This document shows, one piece after another, positions 43,445 through 51,888 of a stretch of DNA of 64,000 bases. Positions within the stretch are counted from its first letter, which is position 1, and every line of letters begins with the position of its first letter. The translations under genes were made by a program, and so were the position numbers. The DNA lies in contig CAMWON010000002.1 of NCBI GenBank assembly GCA_947175875.1, positions 80,357-144,356 on the forward strand, given 5' to 3'. The notes under the pieces are model-generated. The model searched no databases. It saw only the letters and a list, made by a program, of their open reading frames with translations, and was not told the origin of the DNA. This DNA is from an uncultured Alphaproteobacteria bacterium (GTDB lineage Bacteria; Pseudomonadota; Alphaproteobacteria; Rs-D84).

Positions 43445-44187
43445 CAAAGAACAAAAAAATTGTCCGCAAGAAATTAAAAGAGGTAAAAAGCGATTCGCAT
43501 GCGTCGCGCGTGTTGCGCGCGCTGCGTGCGACGGGACTGTTCCGTTGGGAACGGCCCAGCACCAAATCCGAAGAGGTTTTGAATATATTGACGCACGGCA
43601 TCGGCATCGGCCTGGCGATGGCGGGGCTGACGCTGCTGGTGGTGTTTGCGGTATTGGCGCACAATACGTGGGCGATTGTATCGTGCGCGATATTCGGATT
43701 AACCATGTTCACGCTGTATTTCGGTTCGACCATGTGCCACGCGATGATAGGGCAGAAATCGGAATGCTTTTTTGAGGTGTGGGACAGTGTTGCGATTTAT
43801 GCACTGATTGCCGGAACGTACACGCCGTTTTGTTTGGTGAATTTGCGCGGGGGATTGGGCTGGACTGTGTTCGGAATCCTGTGGGCGATAACGATATTCG
43901 GTGCGATAATGAAAATTGCGCGTCCAAAGCAGCAGCCGAAATGGATGGTTGCGCTGTATCTGGTCATGGGATGGACGCTGATATTTATTCTGCCGGCGAT
44001 GCTGCGTCATATCTCGGCGCGCGGAATGTGGTTTATTCTGGCGGGCGGGTTGTCGTACAGTCTGGGTGTGATATTCTATCTGTGGCGCAAGATGAAATAT
44101 TCGCACGCCGTATGGCATCTGTTCGTTATCGGCGGCAGTGTGTGCTTCTTTTTTGCCGTGCTGTTCGGATGCATAATAGATTTCTAA
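43441..44187 (+). CDS. Hemolysin III-family (PAQR/YqfA) channel protein
   Basis: 7-TM protein with conserved His motifs (…HGIGIG…, HAVWHLFVIGGS). Confidence 0.8.
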   Translation: MTKNKKIVRKKLKEVKSDSHASRVLRALRATGLFRWERPSTKSEEVLNILTHGIGIGLAMAGLTLLVVFAVLAHNTWAIVSCAIFGLTMFTLYFGSTMCHAMIGQKSECFFEVWDSVAIYALIAGTYTPFCLVNLRGGLGWTVFGILWAITIFGAIMKIARPKQQPKWMVALYLVMGWTLIFILPAMLRHISARGMWFILAGGLSYSLGVIFYLWRKMKYSHAVWHLFVIGGSVCFFFAVLFGCIIDF

Positions 44188-44196
44188 AACAAATAT

Positions 44197-44227
44197 GGGG
44201 GGCGCGGAAAAGCGCCCCTTGATTTTT
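44197..44227 (+). terminator. Rho-independent terminator after the hemolysin-III gene
   Basis: ggggcgcgg-aaaa-gcgcccc followed by ttgattttt. Confidence 0.55.
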
Positions 44228-44391
44228 ATGGAAAAAAGTATTAAAATTTTCATCGTTATGAAAAAAATCGTGTTCTTTACCATCACTACGACGACCCCTT
44301 TGGGGGTGTAATTTCTATTTGCGGATTTTTTCGCGCGCGATATAATCAAAACAACTTAAAATAAAACACATATCACCAGGGGTTATATATT

Positions 44392-46125
44392 ATGTCTTAT
44401 CCTATTGAAACAATTCGTCATTCGTTGGCGCATGTTATGGCGGCGGCTGTTAAGAAACTGTACGGCGACGTGAAGTTTGCCGGCGGTCCCGCGATTGAAA
44501 ACGGATTCTATTACGACTTTGATACGGAACACAGATTTTCCGAAGAAGATTTTGCAAAAATTGAAAAAGAAATGCGTGATTTAATCAAGTCGAACGGACG
44601 TTTCGAACAGCGCGATGTAGAGCTGGCCGAGGCGAAGGAAATATTTGCGGACCAGCCGTATAAGATGGAATGGCTGAACGAATACGACGCCGCGGGCGAG
44701 GCGTTGTCGATTTATACTTTCCGCGATTTTACCGATTTGTGCCGCGGGCCGCATGTGGAAAGCAGCAAGGACCTGCCGCGCGACGCGTTTAAAATCCGCA
44801 CGGTTGCCGGCGCATACTGGAAAGGTGACGCGAAAAACAAAATGTTGCAGCGCATTTATGTGGACGCGTTTGCGACAAAAGAAGACCTGGATGCGCATTT
44901 AAAAATGATGGAAGAGGCCGCCGCGCGCGACAACCGCAAGCTGGGGCGTGACATGGACCTGTTTCATTTTGAACCGGAATTTGCGCCGGGCGCCGTTTTC
45001 TGGCATGACAAAGGGTACAAGATTTATCGTCGCTTGATTGAATATATCCGCGCCCGTCAGGAAAAGGCCGGATACTTGGAAATATCGACCCCGTCCGTTA
45101 TGGACCGTTCTTTGTGGGAGCGCAGCGGCCACTGGGCGAAATATGGCGAGCATAACTATTCCGGCAAGACCCAGGACGGCAAGACATTCTGTGTAAAGCC
45201 GATGTCCTGTCCGGGCGGCATGCTGGTGTTCGGCCAGGGTATCAAGTCTTATAAAGATTTGCCGATGTATCTGGCGGAGTTTGGCAAGGTTAACCGTTAC
45301 GAGGCGGCGGGCGGCCTGGCGGGGCTGATGCGCGTTCGCGAATTTACCCAGGACGATGCGCATATTTTCTGCACAGAGGAGCAGTTTGAAACGGAAATCG
45401 TAAAAATACTGCGCTTTGTAAAAGATATTTACAGCAAGTTCGGGTTCGAGCGCGTATGGATGAAACTGGCGACACGCAAAGAGTCCGAATTTCGTATCGG
45501 GTCGGATGAAATCTGGGACAAGGCCGAGGGTGGTCTGCGCCATGCGCTGGACGCAAACGAGATAGAATACGAGGTTGCCGAGGGTGATGCCGCGTTTTAC
45601 GGGCCGAAAATCGACATTTATCTGAAGGATTCAATCGGTCGTACATGGCAGTGCGGCACGGTTCAGTTGGATATGAACCTGCCGGAGCGGTTTGATTTGT
45701 CGTACGTCGGCGAAGACGGCGAAAAGCATCGTCCGATTATGCTGCATCGTGCGTTGCTCGGGTCCATTGAGCGTTTTATGGGCGTTCTGCTGGAATCGAC
45801 GGGCGGGAATCTGCCGCTGTGGTTAAGCCCGGAACCGGTTGTCGTTACACCGATTTCTGAAAAACACAAAGAGTACGCAGAAGAGGTTGTTGGCGCCTTG
45901 CGCGGCGTGGGTGTTTATGCGCGCGCGGATTTGCGTGATGAAAAGGTCAATTACAAGATTCGCGAACTGTCGCTGGCGAAAACACCGATTATTGCGGTCG
46001 TTGGTGAAAAAGAGGCCGCGGACAAATCCGTGACCCTGCGACGTTTGGGCGAGGAAAAGCAGACCTCGATGCCGCTGGACGCGTTTGTTGCCGACATGGC
46101 AGCGGCGGTCAAGATGCCTCTGTAA
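44392..46125 (+). CDS. thrS: Threonine--tRNA ligase lacking the N-terminal TGS domain
   Basis: Begins at the editing domain (IRHSLAHVMAAAV ~ E. coli RHSCAHLLGHA at residue ~70). Editing-site LCRGPHVE, class-II motifs (FRDE-like, GLMRVREFTQDDAHIFC) and a C-terminal anticodon-binding domain. 577 aa versus ~640 typical. Confidence 0.85.
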   Translation: MSYPIETIRHSLAHVMAAAVKKLYGDVKFAGGPAIENGFYYDFDTEHRFSEEDFAKIEKEMRDLIKSNGRFEQRDVELAEAKEIFADQPYKMEWLNEYDAAGEALSIYTFRDFTDLCRGPHVESSKDLPRDAFKIRTVAGAYWKGDAKNKMLQRIYVDAFATKEDLDAHLKMMEEAAARDNRKLGRDMDLFHFEPEFAPGAVFWHDKGYKIYRRLIEYIRARQEKAGYLEISTPSVMDRSLWERSGHWAKYGEHNYSGKTQDGKTFCVKPMSCPGGMLVFGQGIKSYKDLPMYLAEFGKVNRYEAAGGLAGLMRVREFTQDDAHIFCTEEQFETEIVKILRFVKDIYSKFGFERVWMKLATRKESEFRIGSDEIWDKAEGGLRHALDANEIEYEVAEGDAAFYGPKIDIYLKDSIGRTWQCGTVQLDMNLPERFDLSYVGEDGEKHRPIMLHRALLGSIERFMGVLLESTGGNLPLWLSPEPVVVTPISEKHKEYAEEVVGALRGVGVYARADLRDEKVNYKIRELSLAKTPIIAVVGEKEAADKSVTLRRLGEEKQTSMPLDAFVADMAAAVKMPL

Positions 46126-46179
46126 TATTTCCGGGCGGGCGTTACGGGCCCGCCCGAATGCAAAGAAAAGGAGAAACAT

Positions 46180-46317
46180 ATGAAAAAAGTCATTTTGCTG
46201 ATGGTTGTTACGGCGCCGCTGTTGGCGGCATGCGCCAACAAGTGCGAGACGGAACCGATTGTCGCTGAAAATCATAAGTTGATTGTTCCGCCGAACTTTG
46301 GCCAGATGCCCAAATAA
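46180..46317 (+). CDS. Small lipoprotein (45 aa; lipobox LLAAC)
   Basis: RBS aaaggagaaa 6 nt upstream; MKKVILLMVVTAPLLAACANK... is a classic SPII signal with a +1 Cys. Below the ORF-track size cutoff. Confidence 0.4.
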   Translation: MKKVILLMVVTAPLLAACANKCETEPIVAENHKLIVPPNFGQMPK

Positions 46318-46421
46318 TCGGAAAAGATTCTGGGCGCCCGGAACCGCGTTGTATTCAGATATTCTTTGTTATGGGAATATTTTTATGATATAATAAGCGT
46401 AACTGTATGGGGGAAGTATTC

Positions 46422-47195
46422 ATGAATAATGACGACAATTTGGATTTATTGGATTTGGATGACGGCACGTCTGTGGACACACTGCCGGATGCCGCGCCGT
46501 TTGTCACGCCGCGCCCGAAAAAGCCTTGGCTGCTGCTGGGGGTGGGGGTGCTGGTCATCATACTGGCGACATATATAATTGTGCGCACAATCGGCGGCGA
46601 TTCGTCTTCTTCGATAGAGGTGGATTTGGACGCCCCCGCGGTTGTTGTTGATACACCCGTTGATACGATAGATGTGCCCCCGTTGCCAGTGGATATGCCG
46701 ACCCCGGTCGCGCCGGCCCCTGTTCAGGTTGCGCCCGCACCGGCGCCGACACCGGCCCCGGTGGCAAAACCTGCGCCGGCCCCTGAAAATGTTGGTGCGC
46801 CCGTTCGCGTGATAGAGGATAGAAAACCCGTGACGTTTAATCCGGACAAGCCGGCCCTGGCGGCAAAACCTGCGGCCAAGCCTGCGCCGAAACCCGCGGC
46901 AAAGAAACCGGCGGCAAAGCCCGCACCGAAAAAGCAGGTTGCGACGGCCAACGGTTCCTGGTATGTACAGTTCGGTTCATATAGTACGCGCGCGCTGGCG
47001 GAAAGCGCCGGTAAAAAACTGCGCGCCGGCCATGGCAGTCTGTTCAATGGCCGCCAGTTTGTTGTTCTGGCCGCGGTGATGAAAGACGGCAATACTCTGT
47101 ATCGTCTGCGCGTTCCGTTCGCAACGTCGGCGGATGCAAACAGTTTCTGTCGGAATGCGAAATCCGACGGTGTTGACTGCTATGTCGCAAAATAA
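46422..47195 (+). CDS. SPOR-domain (peptidoglycan-binding, division-associated) protein
   Basis: N-terminal acidic region, one TM, Pro/Ala/Lys-rich linker and a C-terminal SPOR fold (WYVQFGSYSTRALAE...YRLRVPFATSADANSFC). Start at MNNDDN. Confidence 0.7.
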   Translation: MNNDDNLDLLDLDDGTSVDTLPDAAPFVTPRPKKPWLLLGVGVLVIILATYIIVRTIGGDSSSSIEVDLDAPAVVVDTPVDTIDVPPLPVDMPTPVAPAPVQVAPAPAPTPAPVAKPAPAPENVGAPVRVIEDRKPVTFNPDKPALAAKPAAKPAPKPAAKKPAAKPAPKKQVATANGSWYVQFGSYSTRALAESAGKKLRAGHGSLFNGRQFVVLAAVMKDGNTLYRLRVPFATSADANSFCRNAKSDGVDCYVAK

Positions 47196-47207
47196 GGAGA
47201 TGGCGAA

Positions 47208-47501
47208 ATGAGACCCGGATTGTGGCAAATTGTATTGGTTATCGTTTTGATTTTCATTCTGTTCGGCAGCAGCAAGATTCCGGACATGATGAAAAATCTG
47301 GCGGGTGGAATAAACGTCTTTAAGAAAGAATTGAAAGACGACAAATCGCAAGAGGCGCCAAAGAAAGCGCAGGCGGTCAAAACGGTGGCAAAGAAGCCCG
47401 CGGCCGTAAAGAACGCGGCGAAAAAAGCCCCTGTTAAAAAGGCGCCCGTGAAAAAGGCGGCGGCTAAAAAGCCTGTGGCCAAAAAGACCGCAAAAAAATA
47501 A
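47208..47501 (+). CDS. tatA: Twin-arginine translocase subunit TatA/E-type
   Basis: MRPGLWQIVLVIVLIFILFGSSKIPDMMKNLAGGINVFKKEL has the TatA TM + amphipathic helix signature. Lys/Ala-rich tail. Confidence 0.8.
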   Translation: MRPGLWQIVLVIVLIFILFGSSKIPDMMKNLAGGINVFKKELKDDKSQEAPKKAQAVKTVAKKPAAVKNAAKKAPVKKAPVKKAAAKKPVAKKTAKK

Positions 47502-47520
47502 TCGATAACGCTGTTATTAA

Positions 47521-47555
47521 AAGTGCGACCGGTGTCGGTCGCACTTGTTTTTTTT
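47521..47555 (+). terminator. Rho-independent terminator after tatA
   Basis: aagtgcgaccg-gtgt-cggtcgcactt, a 12-bp stem, followed by gtttttttt. Confidence 0.65.
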
Positions 47556-47709
47556 ATCCGCTTAAATTATACTGAACGTGAATTCAACAGGGATGTTGGT
47601 TCTGGGACTTGAAAATCCCATAAGCAAACGGCGCAATGCGTCGTAATCCGACATGAAAATGCGGCGTGTTTTACGTTGCATGTTTTGTACCCGGCTGTTG
47701 GCCGGGGAT

Positions 47710-47812
47710 CTGTGATTATAAGGGCGCGAACGCGCCCGAAGGTCACAGGGTCATTTTTGCTTATGATTTTTCAAATCCCCGGCCGCCATTTCTTTGGCGG
47801 TATTTCTTTTTA
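47710..47812 (+). promoter_or_regulatory. Structured 5' leader of Cys-rich paralog 2 with two terminator-like hairpins, the second ending about 30 nt before the ATG
   Basis: ctgtga-[ggcgcgaacgcgcc]-tcacag with tcattttt (about 47710-47758), then ccgcc-atttctttg-gcgg + tatttcttttt aacc (about 47783-47815), then RBS aaaaaggagcgggtag ATG. Confidence 0.35.
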
Positions 47813-47832
47813 ACCGAAAAAGGAGCGGGTAG

Positions 47833-48603
47833 ATGAAAAGAAAGCATAAAACGTGTTTTGTCGCAATCGGAATAATAATTGGCCTGGGGGGCGTGGGGCG
47901 CGCGGCAACCCCAACAGTCGAAACGTGCGCAGAAGCTTTTGCAACCGAAGCGCCGGAATGCATATCGTGGGATTTTTTTACTTCCGGTATGGGGAATGGG
48001 GGGGAAATGTATATTTGTTCATGCGCAGAATGCGAGTCCGGGTATCATAATGACGGTTCAAGTAAATATAAATATTATAAAAATGATTATTTTTATATGT
48101 CTAATTCTTGTAATAAAGCAACAGAAACAGGTGGTGGCGGGGGTGGCACAACAACCAAAACGTGCAGCAAGGGTTCATTGTGCACAATGTGCAAGGGGCC
48201 GAATGTGACCATAAACGGTCAAATATATTGCGGCCTGTGGGCCGATACCAACGGGGTTAAAACCTGTTCGGCATCATCTGTTGGGGCGAATGTCGCATAT
48301 ACCATGTCGCCGTGTTGCGATTCTGATGGCAAAGCGGTTGGAGGCGCGACGGGTTGTTACGTTATATCATGCAAGACGGGGATGGTTGCGTCCGATGCGA
48401 AAACGTCATGTGTTTGTGATGTCGGATACTATGGAACAACGACCACGGGTTGTACGCGGTGTCCTGCGTCCGGCGGTACGTACGGGCTGACCAGCGGCAA
48501 GGGCAGTACGCAAATTACCGATTGTTATTTTCCGGCCGGTCTATTGATTAAAGACACCACCGGTACGTATCAATATACCCAGGATTGTTATTATTCTAAT
48601 TAA
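47833..48603 (+). CDS. Secreted cysteine-rich protein, paralog 2 (conserved C-terminal Cys module)
   Basis: Signal peptide MKRKHKTCFVAIGIIIGLGGVGRAA; Gly-run GGGGGGTTT. C-terminus CVCDVGYYGTTTTGCTRCPASGGTYGLTSGKGSTQITDCYFPAGLLIKDTTGTYQYTQDCYYSN aligns with paralogs 1 and 3. Confidence 0.6.
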   Translation: MKRKHKTCFVAIGIIIGLGGVGRAATPTVETCAEAFATEAPECISWDFFTSGMGNGGEMYICSCAECESGYHNDGSSKYKYYKNDYFYMSNSCNKATETGGGGGGTTTKTCSKGSLCTMCKGPNVTINGQIYCGLWADTNGVKTCSASSVGANVAYTMSPCCDSDGKAVGGATGCYVISCKTGMVASDAKTSCVCDVGYYGTTTTGCTRCPASGGTYGLTSGKGSTQITDCYFPAGLLIKDTTGTYQYTQDCYYSN

Positions 48604-48604
48604 A

Positions 48605-48633
48605 ACAAACCCGCCGTTTGGCGGGTGTTTTTA
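48605..48633. terminator. Bidirectional terminator between convergent Cys-rich paralogs 2 and 3
   Basis: aaacaaa cccgcc-gtttg-gcggg tgttttt: the hairpin core cccgccgtttggcggg flanked by A-run and T-run. Confidence 0.6.
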
Positions 48634-49299
48634 CTTTGTGTAGCAGCATTCTTTATTGAATGTCCCCGAGCCAGTTGAATCAGAAAAAGATGTGCCGGCT
48701 GGTATGCAGCATGTCGTTATATCTGTTGTGCCGATTGCATTTGTGCCCCGTGTGCTGCCTGATCCCGGACATAGTGTGCATACAGTGGATGCGCCACTGC
48801 CGCCGGACTTGTAATAACCGGCTGCGCAGCCGTATTCTGTTGTTGCCGGGCGTTCTTGCGAGCAGTAATAATAATTGCGCGAATCACTGCCGTTAAACGA
48901 TGCGACTTGTCTGTGTACAACATAACCGGAATATGTCGACCATTTACTGTACATGGGTTCAGATTGTTGTATGCCGCATGCGCTGCATGCGGATTCGCCC
49001 CCGGAATAACAGAAATATTTTGCGCCGTTTGCATCTGTACCGATAAGGCAGTCGCTAAGGTTGCTGTTATAGTCATCAGTTGTTGGCGGGCAGGTTGAAA
49101 AGTGAGTCGTATTACTGCATTCAATATGTTTGCAATCACATTTTCCGAGTATGTAATCGCCGGGGCCGCTGCTGCCTTCATAGCAGTATGAACCTATTGT
49201 TGATGCTGTGGTCGCAATCAGCCGATATGTGGCTGCATCGGTTACATTTGGTGTGGCAATTGACAGGCATATTGCCGGTATAAAAAGTTTCTTTATCAT
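48631..49299 (-). CDS. Secreted cysteine-rich protein, paralog 3 (conserved C-terminal Cys module)
   Basis: Start at MIKKLFIPAICLSIATPNVTDA (signal). C-terminus YGCAAGYYKSGGSGASTVCTLCPGSGSTRGTNAIGTTDITTCCIPAGTSFSDSTGSGTFNKECCYTK. Confidence 0.6.
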   Translation of the reverse strand: MIKKLFIPAICLSIATPNVTDAATYRLIATTASTIGSYCYEGSSGPGDYILGKCDCKHIECSNTTHFSTCPPTTDDYNSNLSDCLIGTDANGAKYFCYSGGESACSACGIQQSEPMYSKWSTYSGYVVHRQVASFNGSDSRNYYYCSQERPATTEYGCAAGYYKSGGSGASTVCTLCPGSGSTRGTNAIGTTDITTCCIPAGTSFSDSTGSGTFNKECCYTK

Positions 49300-49324
49300 T
49301 TCTGATCCCCCGTTTTCCTTGGTT

Positions 49325-49355
49325 AAAAAGAAAACCACTAAATAAATTCAAGTGG
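49325..49355 (-). promoter_or_regulatory. Terminator-like hairpin + U-run immediately upstream of the RBS of Cys-rich paralog 3 (leader attenuator candidate)
   Basis: Minus-strand reading: ccact-tgaatttattt-agtgg ttttcttttt aacc aaggaaaacggggga...ATG. It shares the tttctttttaacc tail with the paralog 2 leader. Confidence 0.35.
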
Positions 49356-49631
49356 TTGGAGGTTCGAAACAATTATAGAGAATTGCGGGCTTATTTATAT
49401 ATATCACCCCCCTCCAACCGCGGGGTTGGGGGAATAGCACCACGTATCAAATGAAAGTGCCGTGCGAACGTAGGTTGCCCGGCAGCGTCAATTTGTCAGT
49501 GGTGTTTTTTTCTTGTCTTGATGCAAGACACTCTATAACGGGTTTCGACGCCCCGCCGCAGGAATATCCCGCGGCGTTTTTATGTTGGCATAATGTATGC
49601 GGGCTGTAAAGAAAAATGTGCAAAAAAATAC

Positions 49632-49660
49632 CCCGCCGTTTGGCGGGTGGTTTTAATTCT
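49632..49660 (-). terminator. Rho-independent terminator downstream of dksA (minus strand)
   Basis: Same hairpin core cccgccgtttggcggg as at 48610, with a T-run on the minus strand (the plus strand reads caaaaaaata before it). Confidence 0.55.
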
Positions 49661-50114
49661 TGCGGCTTTCGTATTCTTCCTGTTCCTCAACCGTCATGGT
49701 CGCCAGGGGGCGTGCCAGCATACGGGACAGGCCGATTTCTTCGCCCGACACGACGCTGTATCCGAACGTGCCGTTTTCCAGGCGGTCCAGCGCGGCGTTT
49801 ATTTTGCGCAACAGGTTGTTATCGCGGCCCGCCATGCGCAGGTTCATTGTGATTTCCTGTTCAAATGTGGCGTTGTCCGAATCGTCGCCGACACCGGCGC
49901 TTTCCGCTTTTTCTGCCATGCGAACCGCACTTAGCACGCTGTCGCTGTCCTGGACCAGTTCTTCTTTCTGGGCCGACAACAGCTGATAAAAATATGCCAG
50001 CTGGTTTTCACACATATACGGTTCCGATTTTTTCGGAACGTACTTTGGCGGCAGTTCTATTGTTTTATAATTTTTTGCAGCCACTTTTAGGCTCCTTTTA
50101 ATTCCATAATCCAA
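49653..50114 (-). CDS. dksA: RNA polymerase-binding transcription factor DksA (C4 zinc-finger cysteines absent)
   Basis: PKKSEPYMCENQLAYFYQLL ~ E. coli EPYQEKPGEEYMNEAQLAHFRRIL; coiled-coil with acidic tip (DSD); C-terminal TFGYSVVSGEEIGLSRMLARPLATMTVEEQ aligns with TFGYCE.CG..I...RL.ARP.A..C..C, with all four Cys replaced. Confidence 0.75.
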   Translation of the reverse strand: MDYGIKRSLKVAAKNYKTIELPPKYVPKKSEPYMCENQLAYFYQLLSAQKEELVQDSDSVLSAVRMAEKAESAGVGDDSDNATFEQEITMNLRMAGRDNNLLRKINAALDRLENGTFGYSVVSGEEIGLSRMLARPLATMTVEEQEEYESRKN

Positions 50115-50407
50115 TCTGTTAACGTTTCCGGGTCCATTACGCCGGTGCGCGCCTCAACCAATTCGCCGTTTTTAAACGCCATGATTGACGGAATGCTGCG
50201 GATGCCGTATTTGGCCGGTGTGCGGCGGTTTGATTCGTCTATTTCAAATTTTACAAAATTTACGTCCGGAATCTGGTTTGACACCTGTTCAAAAATCGGG
50301 CCAAACATGCGGCACGGACCGCACCAAGACGCCCAAAAATCCACCAGGGTGATACCGCTCGCTACCAATTCTGAAAAATTCGCGTCGTTTGCGTGATTCA
50401 AAGCCAT
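50087..50407 (-). CDS. trxA: Thioredoxin
   Basis: MALNHANDANFSELVASGITLVDFWASWCGPCRMFGPIFEQV...: WCGPC active site, 107 aa, RBS ggaggagaaa. The remaining upstream part of the 50087..50728 ORF is non-coding read-through. Confidence 0.85.
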   Translation of the reverse strand: MALNHANDANFSELVASGITLVDFWASWCGPCRMFGPIFEQVSNQIPDVNFVKFEIDESNRRTPAKYGIRSIPSIMAFKNGELVEARTGVMDPETLTDWIMELKGA

Positions 50408-50480
50408 CTTTTTCTCCTTCCTTGTTGATATTTTAAGCGAGTGTATTATAATCGAGATAAAAAGCAAGAGAAATCGGAAA

Positions 50481-51572
50481 ATGAATAAAATCATATACTT
50501 AGATGCCGCCGCGTCCGCATTGAAAACGGAGGCGGTAATAGAGGCAGAGGTTGATTTTTTACGCAATAAATACGCCAATGCCGGGCGCGGCATATGCGCG
50601 CGCGCGGCGGCGGTGGATGATATGGTCTCGGCCGCGCGCGCGGCGGTGGCGGAATTTATGGGCGCGAGGGCGGCGCAAATTGTGTTTACCGCCGGTGCGA
50701 CCGACGGGCTGAACCGCGTGGCACGCATGGCCGGGGCGGGGCGCGGTGTTCGCGTTGCAGTGTCCGATTTGGACCATCACAGCGCACGCATGCCGATGGC
50801 TGCGTCGGGGGCGGATATCGTGACCATTGGTCTGGATGAAAATCATGATTATGATTTGGGCTGTGTTCCCGAATGCGACATTATCGTCATAACCGCCATG
50901 TCGAATGTTTTTGGACGGCCCCAGAATGTGGCGGCGGTGGTTGCGGCGGCGCGGGAAAAAAATCCGAACGTAATCGCGGTGGTTGACGCGGCCCAGTATG
51001 CGGCGCACATGCGAATGGATGCGGCCGCGTGGGATGCGGACTTTGTTTGTTTTTCAGGGCATAAAATCGGTGCCGACACGGGGCTGGGGATTATGTATGT
51101 AAAGGAGCCGCTGCGATGGGCGCCCGACAAATTTGGCGGTGGGATGGTAAATAAAATAACCGACGCCGAATGGATTTTCAACGATGCGCCGGAACGGTTT
51201 GAGGCGGGAACACTGCCGCTGACCCAGATTGCGGGATTGCGCCCGGCGCTGGATTCGTGGCGGCCGGATGCGGGCGCCGGGGTTATGCGGGCGCTGTATG
51301 ATGCGCTGGCGAAAAATCCGCGGATAAAAATTTATACCACGCCCGGGGCGTCGGTGCTGACTTTTTCGGTGGACGGAATGCATGCGCTGGATTTCGGGGC
51401 GCTGTGCGGGGCGCGGGGGCTGTGCCTGCGCGTGGGGAACATGTGCGCGACGTGGGCGATGCGTTTAATCAATGCACCGGCGGGCGGTGTGGCGCGGCTG
51501 TCGGCCGGGGCCTGGAACACGGCGGACGATGCGGCGCGCGCGGCGGATATAATAAACGGGATTGTGAAATAA
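50481..51572 (+). CDS. sufS: Cysteine desulfurase (class V aminotransferase; short SufS/NifS-like)
   Basis: PLP-lysine motif FSGHKIGADTGLGIMY; candidate persulfide Cys in RVGNMCATWAM. 363 aa, shorter than typical SufS. Confidence 0.65.
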   Translation: MNKIIYLDAAASALKTEAVIEAEVDFLRNKYANAGRGICARAAAVDDMVSAARAAVAEFMGARAAQIVFTAGATDGLNRVARMAGAGRGVRVAVSDLDHHSARMPMAASGADIVTIGLDENHDYDLGCVPECDIIVITAMSNVFGRPQNVAAVVAAAREKNPNVIAVVDAAQYAAHMRMDAAAWDADFVCFSGHKIGADTGLGIMYVKEPLRWAPDKFGGGMVNKITDAEWIFNDAPERFEAGTLPLTQIAGLRPALDSWRPDAGAGVMRALYDALAKNPRIKIYTTPGASVLTFSVDGMHALDFGALCGARGLCLRVGNMCATWAMRLINAPAGGVARLSAGAWNTADDAARAADIINGIVK

Positions 51573-51573
51573 C

Positions 51574-51885
51574 ATGACGGACAGGCAGGCGATAATAGAC
51601 GCATTAAAGACGGTTTATGACCCGGAAATTCCGGTCAACATTTGGGATTTGGGTCTGGTATATGACATATCTATAAAAGACGATGGCGTCGTTATAACAA
51701 TGACTTTTACCAGTCCGACGTGCCCGATGATGGAGGAATTACTGGAGATGGTGCGCACATCCGTCCAGGCGGTTGCCGGCGCCACGCCGGTGCGCGTGGA
51801 TTTGGTGTGGGATCCGCCCTGGAATTTGTCGCGCATGTCCGAGACGGCGCGTCTGGAACTGGATTTGACAGAGCAGGGGTGGTGA
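51574..51885 (+). CDS. sufT: Fe-S cluster assembly protein SufT (DUF59/MIP18 family)
   Basis: ALKTVYDPEIPVNIWDLGLVYDI...TSPTCPMMEELLEMV: DUF59 signature with conserved Cys. Confidence 0.7.
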   Translation: MTDRQAIIDALKTVYDPEIPVNIWDLGLVYDISIKDDGVVITMTFTSPTCPMMEELLEMVRTSVQAVAGATPVRVDLVWDPPWNLSRMSETARLELDLTEQGW

Positions 51886-51888
51886 CAC

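Noticed and set aside
50408-50728. Upstream 106 codons of the 213-aa ORF 50087..50728
   Set aside because: Only the C-terminal 107 codons (from MALNHAN, with an RBS) form thioredoxin. The upstream part runs through the divergent sufS promoter region with no protein-like composition.
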